Source: Octopus vulgaris (lineage: Eukaryota). From it: a stretch of DNA of 64,000 nucleotides. The stretch lies in the NCBI GenBank assembly GCA_951406725.2, contig OX597818.1:80104001-80168000 (forward strand), written 5' to 3'. The notes under the pieces were generated by a model, which was not told the origin of the DNA, searched no databases, and saw only the letters and a program-made list of their open reading frames with translations. The translations under genes were made by a program, and so were the position numbers. Within the stretch, counting starts at the first letter, position 1. Every line of letters starts with the position of its first letter. Below are positions 54,661-64,000 of the stretch, in pieces.

Positions 54661-54975
54661 GGCACGTGGCTTAGTGGTTAGAGTATTTAGCTCACAATCA
54701 TAAGGTTGTGAGTTCAATATCCAGCAGCACATTGTGTCTTTGAGAAAGATACTTTAATTCACCCTGCTTCAGTCCACTCAGCTGGTAAAAGCTAGTACTT
54801 GTATTTCAAAAGGGTCAGTCTTGTCACATTTTATGTCACACTGAATCTCCCTGGGAACAAAGTTAAGGGCACGCATGTCTATAGAGAGCTCAACCACTTG
54901 TACATTAATTTCATGAGTAAACCGATCCATTGATTGGATCAATTGGCACCCTCATCCTAACTGACAAAGCGCCAT
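54661..54975 (+). mobile_element. tRNA-derived SINE family D; copies at ~2050-2350, 22367-22480, 29965-30220, 46245-46530
   Basis: GGCRCGTGGCTTAGTGGTTAG head, GTTCAAT B-box-like, TTGTGTCYTTGAG..CAGTCCACTCAGCTGG core. Confidence 0.8.
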
Positions 54976-55582
54976 CTCATGTTTATGAGATCAAATCTAG
55001 ATTAATTATATTTTAAATCCTTCCAGGATCAATAACTATAAGTAATATATGACAACAGTTAAAACCAATATTTCCTTTAATCTTTTTGATACCATCTAAC
55101 CTTGAGACTGCTCCAGATCTTATGATATTAACCATCTCGTTTTAAAGTGATCTAAATTAACCCTTTTCTATCAAACTCATTTTGAGACTAAGATACCCTG
55201 GTTCTATGATTCAAATTTTATCTTTTAAAGTTATCGAAATCAAAACCTTCTTTCATCAAAATTCTTTATCAATTTGTTCTGAACACCAGATTAATAAGAG
55301 AATTATTTTACAAAATTCTTCATTAATTTCAAAATTAATTGCAACAAAGGCTATGTACTATAACAGAAATATTGTAACAAACAAGTTAATACCACTACCT
55401 GGCCCTTAGGAGCCTTTAGACTTAGGTTGACTCAGCACTATAGAAGACGTTCAAGATGCTATACATTTACACCAGGTCTTTTGCATGAGAATCACTCAAA
55501 CCTTTCTTCATGAAAAGAGTAACAGTATATAAAGTATATACATGGCTACCTCAGCAGGAAAAGGAAGACGTATCAGGGCATA

Positions 55583-56426
55583 CGAGGTGGTATCAAAAAA
55601 TTTCCAGACCAGTTATGTTTAATGGAAAGATAACTTTTTTACCTAAGTTTTAACATTAGTCACCTTTTGCAGTCACTTTCGAAATAGTCACCTTTTGCAG
55701 CAATACATCTGTCCCAGCATTCTTGCCACTTTTGGAATCCGGACCCAGGAGTCATTTTCCATAAGTGAGTCCAGGACCTTCTGCAATTCACTTTGGATCT
55801 CGACAAGTGTTAAAACGGCAACCTTTCAGCCACATTTTCATCTTGTAGAAGAGATGGAAGTCCACAGGTGCTAATCTGGCAAATAAAGTGGGTGCAGGAG
55901 TGATACTATGTTGTTTTGAGCAAGAAACTCATGACTGAGGCGCTCCATAGATCTGGTCACTTACACTGAATATCCTCCCTCAAATGCTTCAAAACGTCGC
56001 AATAGAACTCTTGATTGACAGTCTAACCGGGGGTGGGGGGTGAATTCTCAATGCACAATACTACATTTCCGGGGATGACGTTCACAGCAGGTCTTCCAGG
56101 AAAGTTCTTTTCTGCTTTTGAAGCACCTGTGCCACTCAAAACATTGCATATGACCCATTGCCTCGTCGCCGTAAGTTTGCCAAAACATGCTCAATGTCTC
56201 TGTAGCAGACTTCTCAAGTTTAATGCAAAATTTCATGTTCACTCTTTGTTCCTGTCCATGACAAAACTGCAGACTGCAGCATACGTGATCACAAAAGCAC
56301 AAATTTCACAACCTGTAAAGTAAACACAGTGATATCACTTGGCACTCTGCCTCATGAAGAGCACTGTGTGTTGCCATCTGTTGGCGTGCTACAGAACTAG
56401 TCCAGGAACTTTTTGATACCACCTCG
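55583..56426 (-). mobile_element. Non-autonomous mariner element, both TIRs and TA TSD (same family as 14975-15852 and 50476-51140)
   Basis: ta-CGAGGTGGTATCAAAAA ... TTTTTGATACCACCTCG-ta; EQRVNMKFCIKLEKSATETLSMF fragment. Confidence 0.9.
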
Positions 56427-58007
56427 TATTTCACCATTTAAACCAGCCATATCAAGCCCAAATATTCAACCTACTTTATGTTCAAACTGGCCAGATCCAG
56501 CCTCACACACCTATCCAACAGCATTATTCCAAAAATAAACAATCACATCATCAAAATCTTGAAGCTACAATACAACGCATGAGCAATTCAAGAGGGTGAA
56601 TAAATAAGCATTAAATTTTATAAAATAACCTGAATGCTTAAAGATTAAGGTACAAAAAGGTGGATAGGGAGAGAAGAGTGTGTGGTTGGTGGGATGGGTA
56701 GGTTCACAAGAGTATGAAAGGAGACTGACAGTTGTAGAGATGAGAATAGAAATGAATTATATATATCAACATCAAAATAAATATCAAATGGAAATTGTAG
56801 TTGTGATACCTGTGCCGGTGGCACGTAAAAAGCACCATTCGAACGTGGCCAATGCCAGCGCCGCTTTGACTGGCTTCTGTGCTGGTGGCACATAAAAAGC
56901 ACCAACTGATCATGGCCGTTGCCAGCCTCCCCTGGCACCTCTGCCAGTTGCATGTATAAAGCACCCACTACACTCATGGAGTGGTTGGCATTAGGAAGGG
57001 CATCCAGCTGTAGAAACACTGCCAGATCAGACTGGAGCCTGGTGCAGCCCCCTGGCTTCCCAAACAGGAAACGGACGTATGGTGATATTCTTTTTTCTGA
57101 AACTGGATACTGAAGCACATATCACATATAAAGCTATAAATGTGTAAATATTGGGTTGAAAAACCCTTTTGAGCCGAAAAAGTTGACAGCTGTCCATGGT
57201 ACTCGAAACCACTTATACTACAAACATGACAGGCATTCAACTTAATATTTACATATTATTTATAGCTTTATATGTGCTTTGAGATGCACCATTCCAAAAA
57301 GGAAGAATTAATTCACGTTCTCTTGAAAGTTCATAAAATTCTTGATATCAATAATACATGTATATGTGTGCACAGAATGCAATACAAGCACGGCACATCA
57401 CTAGCAGTTATGGAACAAACACAATACCTATAATTACAGTCAGTAACAAATATATGGCAACATATTCAAATATCATCAACAAACACTTAGCAAAATATCG
57501 TCTTTTTTTTTTATATATTTCACATTTCTTTTTTTCCTATCAAATCCACTCCCACAGAAATTGTTATGGCAACACTTCCTGCTTCATTCCTCTTATTGCT
57601 ACTCCTAATGGCAACACTTCCTGTCCCGTTCCTCCTATCGCTTCTCCTACATAGCAATAAAGACTGCTGAATCCTAAAATAATATCAAATATACTAATGC
57701 AAGAAGGCATGCAACCTAGTAGTTAAGGTGTTGCATTCATGATCATAAGATCATAGTTTCAATTCCTAGATTGGGTAGTGTTGTATTCTTGAGCAAAACA
57801 CTTGCTGTAAATGAATTCAGCAATAGCTAAGAAGTTAACTCTGTAACATACAAGCTTTTATTCAAGGAGAAAGTTTTGTAATCTCAGTCACATCATATAC
57901 GTCAAGGGAATCCCATTAAGCTCCAGACTTGCGTGGCTCATGACAGACCTCAAGTAGACTAATCATTGGGGGAGAGGTCACTCAGCATGTTTATTGTCTT
58001 TTTTTAA

Positions 58008-58229
58008 CCCTTTAGCATTCAGATTATTCTATTAAATGTAACAATAATTTATTCACATTGTTGTGAATTTATCCAGTATTATCTTGTAGTCTTGAGATTT
58101 CAATTATGTGACTGTAAATTTTTTTAGACTAACATTGTAAGGTAGGTGTCAGAGGCAGGATCTGGCTAATCTGAACTTTAAACAGGAAGAATACTTTGAC
58201 CAGGTATAGCCGCTTTAAAAGCTAAAGGG
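58008..58229. mobile_element. piggyBac-like TTAA MITE (related copies ~10950-11173, 23457-23635, 24660-25068, 36925-37150, 49613-50410, 56436-56648)
   Basis: TTAA-CCCTTTAGC ... GCTAAAGGG-TTAA. Confidence 0.75.
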
Positions 58230-60534
58230 TTAAATAGCTGAGTCAGAGGTGGTAGGGGAGGGAGAGAACCCCAACACACATTACCTCTTTCCAAAATCTT
58301 CAAGATTGGTGAGAATAAAGGAGGAAGCTATCGGCAGACCAAAAACCAGGACGAAATTCTTACAAAGAGTAGATTATGCAAAAGGCACTAGTGGGGCCAG
58401 GTGGTGGTTAACCTCAGAGTAATGGTTCTCAACTAGGGTCCATATAAGATTCTGTTGTTAAAATTTATCTGCAATAAATTGCTTATACTTTTACAATACA
58501 CAAAATGTTTTAACAATTTTTAATAATATTTAATTATAAAAATACAATAGGATTTTTAAAACACGAGAGTCCATTCGAGTAAGATAGGAATTAAAGGGAT
58601 CCATAAACAAAAAAATCGTTGAGAACCACCAGTCTAGATCAAACAAATTTATGATAAAAAGTATTCTAACACTAACTTGTCATCTTTCAAACACTCCATG
58701 TACAACTACTTATCTTAATATGTCCTACTTTTTTTTAACAAAGTAGGGCATGATGAAGGAGATTTAGCTACTATTTCAGCAACCAAATAGAAGTTGGTTC
58801 ATATTCTTTTGTGATTAAGCAGACCTATGATCACAGATAATCCCATGAGACACATTATCCAAATCATCCTTCTTTTTAAGGGAGATTTAGCTCTTCTCAC
58901 AGACCAAGTGACCATGTCAAGGCACCCTCGTTGATTCATGCAACAAACATTTTGTTGTTAAACCCAAGGTCAGCCCTAACAAACAGAAATTCAATGAAAA
59001 AGAATTCCAGGTGCAAGTCATGTTTCTTAAGCAGTGCACATTTAGGACTACATTATCAAATATGTCCCTAATTTTTTTTTAAACAATAGGAATATAGGAA
59101 CATTATATATATATATATAAATATATATATGGGAGATTTAACTGCTACTTCTAGCATGTAAAGTGATTCTGTAGGGACTCCTTTGGTGGTTCAAAATGCT
59201 TTGAGTATATGTATATTAATGTCTTCTTCTAACATGTCAAGTAATCCTGTAGAGGCACCTTCAGTTGTTCAAAATGCTTCATGTATATAAGGCTCTTTCT
59301 CAATACTTTCAACTGTTGAAAGCAAGACCTTCCTTCATCAACTGATACAGATTATAAAGGAAAGACTATTTGTCAGTTGTAGCAAAAAGTTTCCATAATT
59401 TGGCAGCAGATATATGAAAGGTCAGTCTAATGAGGATGCCCATATTACATATCAACTTCATCTTCAACCTTGTCATACTCATTATCATCAATTATCATAA
59501 TACTTTATATAATACACCATTAATATCATCACATTATCCAGAAACTGTGAACTATATTAGGTGAATTTGACAACTGTTTTATTGATTTTTTTTCGTTCTT
59601 TCTTTCTTATTGGAGCAATTAAAACAGTCCAGTGGCAGTAGAAATATCAAACCCTGAGTGAAACAGTGTTATGACTACCTGGTGGTAATCAGAAACACAC
59701 CTAAGTAACCAACCATCAAGTGTAAAACATCTAGCTGGAGGGAAGAAGTTTTAATGGGCCTAACAATACCGTAACACAGACAACAGCTAGATTACTCAAC
59801 ATATTCAAAGAACAGGATGTTCAAATACAGTAACATTTCCTTTGTAAAATACATTTCAGAAATTCAATAAGTAATAATTAAAAAAATAACAATACAAATA
59901 ATAACAACCAGAAGTAATAATAATAATAATAATAAAAATGATGATGATGATTATTTTGAATTTTGGTACAATGTCAGCAATTTTGGGGGAGAGGGTAAGA
60001 CGATTACATCAACCCCAGTGCTCAATCTGTACTTATTATATCAACCCTGAAAGGACGAAAGGCAAACTCAACCACAGCAGAAGTTGAACTCAGAATGCAA
60101 AGATGGACAAAATGCCGCTAAGCATTCTACCCAGCATGCTAACAATTCTGCCAACTCACTGCCATAATAATATTAAAACTTATAATAATGGTTTCAAAAT
60201 TTCGGTACAAGGCCAGTAATTTTTCAGGCAGCAACAGGATCAATCGATTAATTTTCGACCCCGGTATTCAACCAGTACTTTATTTTATCAACCCTGGAAA
60301 GGATGAAAGGCAAAGTTGACCTCAAAGGAACTTAAACATTAATAAAAATAATAAGTTGTCATAATCAAAATAGAATCAGCAGCAATAATAATAATAATAA
60401 TAATTACAAATAGATGTTTCCTTTTATTCTTCATATATTTGTTCGATTTTTTTTTCTTAATCCAGAGAGGAGTGAGGTTCAAAAAAGAGGATATGTATGC
60501 AATTATGTATGTTTGTATATATAAAGATACACAC

Positions 60535-60580
<46 letters not shown>

Positions 60581-60769
60581 TGTGTGTGTGTATGTATATA
60601 TTCATTCATATATATGTGTACATATATATATATATATACATGCATATATAGATATATACGTATTCATATACATATATATGTACACATATACATACATAGA
60701 TACAGATACACACACATGTATATATACCCATACAATCTTGTATACACCAACAGAGAACAAGAGGTTGAG

Positions 60770-60820
<51 letters not shown>

Positions 60821-61080
60821 TATATAAAATGAAAGAGAGAGTACGGTTTGGAGTGGAACAGAAGTCAGACACACACACACATAAATTAAAGTCAGAGATT
60901 TTCAAAAAAATATACATGCACACACAGACACACACATACATACACAATTCACATTATCAATTGTGAAATTATACATCTGTAAACAAAAGTAGGAAAATAT
61001 CTGGCAGTAGAGCAAAGTGGATATTTTTTTTTTTTGAACAAGTCAACATTTTTTGATTTCAGTTTTACACGTGGGAAGTT

Positions 61081-62802
61081 TCAGGAACAAAGTTTGCAGG
61101 GGTTGTCACTGCCATCCACACAAGACACGTGGAACCATCTGGGGCAATTGTCACAACCAACCCAATTGATATCTTCCTGGTCAGTTTCAGGGTCTTCTTC
61201 CAGGCAGATATAACAAATACTATCATCAATTTTTTCTTCTTCCTTGTTGTTATTATTAGTTTTATTTGCTGGTGACTTCTTTTTAGATTTATTTTTATTC
61301 TTCCGCTTCATTTTAGGCTGTAATTTGAGAATTGCTTCTTTAATTAGTGTAGATTCATTATTTTCTTGTACATTTTTCTTTTGTTCTTTGTTTGGTGGTG
61401 GCTTGTCATCACTTTGTAAGCTTCTTTTCTGACGTTTTGAAGGTTTCTTCACAGTCTTTGCTTTCTCTTCCGAGGAAACAGAAGACCGAGAAGACTTTTT
61501 GGCTTTTGTTTTAGAATTTGATGCAGCCCCTGTTACTGCTTCAGTATCTTCTTTTGATTGGAGACCAGACGGACCAGCATCTCTCTCCGATCTATCTAAG
61601 TTTTTAGAAGAAAGTAGCTTACCCTTATGTGCATCCAAAGGACAAAAACCAGACTTACGAAATCCATGGATGAGATTATCTTTACGAGCGAGGAATGCTT
61701 CGTCAAAGAAGCGTTTCAAAAGAGAAGGAAAAACAAGCTTTTGGACCGATTTCAGACTAGACTCCTTATAGTATGTCTGCAGAATCCTATGCCACACTTT
61801 TTTGGCAGGTCCATACACAGAAATCTCAAGAGGTTGCAGAGCACCTGAGGAATGTGGAGGTAAGCAAACAAGATGTACCCCAGCATTCCTGGCTTTTGAA
61901 GCTGTTTGATAGGTAATATGTGAGCCATTGCCATCAAAGAACACAATTATTGGTTTCTCCCTATTTTTTACAAAAGGCAAAAATGTCTGTGTCACCCAGT
62001 TTTCAAAAACATAATCATCCATCCAACCAGTTTCTGTAATGTTGTATGTTGTCCCAGCAGGGCCACCCATCATCCACGTATCGTACAGGTATTTACCTTT
62101 GTAAATAACGTAGGGAGGCAGATACTCTCCCTCAGCATTGCCACAAAATAAAACTGTGTAAAGTGTCTTACCCACCGATGGCATCACATACTGACCGTTC
62201 TTAATGCCACGGTGATGAAAAGCTTTTTTCTTTTTGGGGTCGAGATTAAGTCCCGTTTCATTTAAATTGTAAAATCGTTCTGGTAAATCTGTTATTCCCA
62301 GTTGATTAACCAACTGAGTCAACATTTGAAAAAAGCCATCGATAACTGCATCGGTGAGTTCTCTAACTTTTGCATTATTTACATAATCTGGATTCCTCAA
62401 AGTTAATCTGTCTTTCCAGCGATTCATGAAATGGTGAAGCCAGTCGTCTCCAGGTATATTATTTTTGAAAACCGTTTGCAGATCCATGGAATCGAGATAA
62501 CTTTTCACGATAAGTTTCAGTTGTTCATTATCCAACGTCCAGCCGAGGTCACTCAGATATAAGAGTGCCTCTATTAAATATTCTTCGATTTCCGTTGACA
62601 GGACTGTATCACGGCCCGATCGAAAATGAGCACTTTCGCGTTTGTTAACCCATCTTTCTAACGTGGATCTTGGTACACCAAACTTCCGAGCAACTGATCG
62701 AAAAGTCACACCTTTACCTCCGTTTTTATAACAATTTATAGCATCCCTCAGATCATCTTCAGAAAAAGTTTTCAAAGTTTTTCTTTTGTATAACCGGGGC
62801 AT
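61081..62802 (-). CDS. Intact pogo/Fot1-like (Tigger/CENP-B/jerky family) transposase-derived protein: psq-HTH + CENP-B HTH + DDE_1 + Lys-rich linker + PHD finger, 573 aa
   Basis: First ATG at 62802 (gtcATG; the track start at 62826 is TTG). Motifs: RSVARKFGVPRSTL (psq HTH), PGDDWLHHFMNRW (CENP-B HTH), YNLNETG / FFDGNGSH / LPPHSSGALQPLE (DDE_1), CYIC..CDNC..HVSC..CKLC (C4HC3 PHD). No stops or frameshifts. Confidence 0.93.
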   Translation of the reverse strand: MPRLYKRKTLKTFSEDDLRDAINCYKNGGKGVTFRSVARKFGVPRSTLERWVNKRESAHFRSGRDTVLSTEIEEYLIEALLYLSDLGWTLDNEQLKLIVKSYLDSMDLQTVFKNNIPGDDWLHHFMNRWKDRLTLRNPDYVNNAKVRELTDAVIDGFFQMLTQLVNQLGITDLPERFYNLNETGLNLDPKKKKAFHHRGIKNGQYVMPSVGKTLYTVLFCGNAEGEYLPPYVIYKGKYLYDTWMMGGPAGTTYNITETGWMDDYVFENWVTQTFLPFVKNREKPIIVFFDGNGSHITYQTASKARNAGVHLVCLPPHSSGALQPLEISVYGPAKKVWHRILQTYYKESSLKSVQKLVFPSLLKRFFDEAFLARKDNLIHGFRKSGFCPLDAHKGKLLSSKNLDRSERDAGPSGLQSKEDTEAVTGAASNSKTKAKKSSRSSVSSEEKAKTVKKPSKRQKRSLQSDDKPPPNKEQKKNVQENNESTLIKEAILKLQPKMKRKNKNKSKKKSPANKTNNNNKEEEKIDDSICYICLEEDPETDQEDINWVGCDNCPRWFHVSCVDGSDNPCKLCS

Positions 62803-63975
62803 GACGATGCGTTTCACTTCCCACAAGTTTGCTTTGTCTGTTTGTTATTCTTAAATAGTATCTACACTTCTCCCTCTATTTCTCTTTCTGGTTTATCTTA
62901 ATTGTGTCGTCTTATAAAAGAAAATATCACAAAATATCAACTAAAAAGTGGCCCCACCCATAACACAGCTTGTTCTTGAAACACAAACATAGTAGAGCCC
63001 TCCCGCATCTCATGCAAGACAACGTTCCTTAGCTAGTTTTATATATATTCAGCTAACATTTAGGCACATTGTTTTAGTTTCGTTACAATATTCTACTTTA
63101 GAAACACACGATGGTTCTTAATATTTCCGCCTTCTTTTCTTTTTTTATCAGTCTTTCTTTCCAACACGTTAGTGGATCCTGGATTTCAACGATTTCAGCG
63201 GATATTAAGTCCTTTCACAACAATACTCTTGATCAAACAAGGCAAAACTGGCAGAATTTCACAGAGAAAATGTTAACAGTTTATTATATTTATATAAAAA
63301 GCTTTGGGGAAAGAGCAAAAAGGAATTCAACACGATTTCGCTTTAAAACTTCCAAGACATTTAAAGTAAAAAGCTTGAAGTCATTATTGCTGGTGTAAAG
63401 CTAAGGTCAAACGACCTAAAATGATATTCCACACAGTATTACATTGTAGGAAGGATTTTCACAACCTTCAATACGGGAGGAGCCTTACTACTTTCATTTG
63501 ATCTGACTGATCGCGTTATTGCTTTTCAACAATGTTTTATATATCTCCCCCATCATTTCCCTAGATGCATTTTCCCCTTATTTCGTCGTTAGCACCAACT
63601 AAAACTTTCTCTTCCCCGTCTATCAACACTAAAAAGGAATACGATTTAATTAGCACGGAAATACTGCTAAAGAACGTCATTGGTTGCAGAGAGAGAGAGG
63701 GATAGCGAGACAAGATTTAAGTTTTTCTTCTTATATTTAAAAGTGGAAAGAATGCAACATTGCATGACAAGGATCTAGTTATGGAACTGTGATTAATATT
63801 ATTATTACACATGGATCTGAGATAATTGATAAAATGCGTGCGTATGTGTCTCTTTACAATGATGAGTGTGCGCGTGTCATTTGTTATTCTGTTGGTAATT
63901 CTCGCCGGGAAATCAGCACGATTGCCAGCGGAAAGAGAGGAGAAATAAGATCATAGGCATGAAAAGCAATCTTAC

Positions 63976-63984
63976 TTCGTCCAT
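63976..63984 (-). CDS. APIP: Probable first coding exon of APIP (ATG GAC GAA = M-D-E; frame is also open upstream to the window edge, ...QTFSP-MDE)
   Basis: Minus strand reads ccaATGGACGAA|GTAAGA. This phase-0 donor matches the phase-0 acceptor of the [11 protein letters not shown] exon, giving [14 protein letters not shown], like the acidic residues preceding EHP in animal APIP. Only 9 nt, so the join is inferred. Confidence 0.6.
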
Positions 63985-64000
63985 TGGTGAGAAGGTTTGC

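Noticed and set aside
57085-57310. Hammerhead in this inverted repeat (GACAGCTGTC palindrome)
   Set aside because: The inverted repeat is real, but neither GAAAC nor CUGANGA is recoverable; too degenerate to call.
62803-62826. ORF-track start MWEVKRIV
   Set aside because: It is a TTG codon; the first ATG is at 62802.
62803-62910. In-frame APIP exon1-transposase fusion protein
   Set aside because: Three in-frame TAA stops lie between the good acceptor (62911) and the ATG; no pyrimidine-rich in-frame acceptor follows the last stop.

Overview
AT-rich, microsatellite- and transposon-dense eukaryotic genomic DNA. The SINE families look like those of octopod cephalopods (inference from recognised repeats, not a database result). 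The window holds the 5' part of a minus-strand host gene, APIP/mtnB (methylthioribulose-1-phosphate dehydratase). Three internal coding exons are clear (12047-12141, 11598-11646, 1646-1763) and a probable first coding exon ends at 63976, implying a ~52-kb first intron. About 1.2 kb downstream of that exon, on the same strand, is an intact intronless 573-codon pogo/Fot1-type transposase-derived ORF (psq-HTH, CENP-B HTH, DDE_1, C-terminal PHD finger). Its catalytic triad reads N...D35E and I see no TIRs, so it is a candidate domesticated nested gene. The rest is a TE mosaic: Helitrons, mariner/Tc1/maT, hAT and piggyBac-like MITEs, CR1-like, RTE and R4/Dong LINE fragments, several SINE families and Penelope-like elements (PLEs). 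The strongest non-coding pattern is a dozen short segments, mostly inverted repeats beside (TA)n tracts. They carry whole or partial minimal hammerhead-ribozyme motifs with palindromic stem III, from several unrelated PLE-type families, including a variant-core type and one with a tRNA-like head upstream. Most short ORFs in the supplied track are microsatellite or SINE artefacts.
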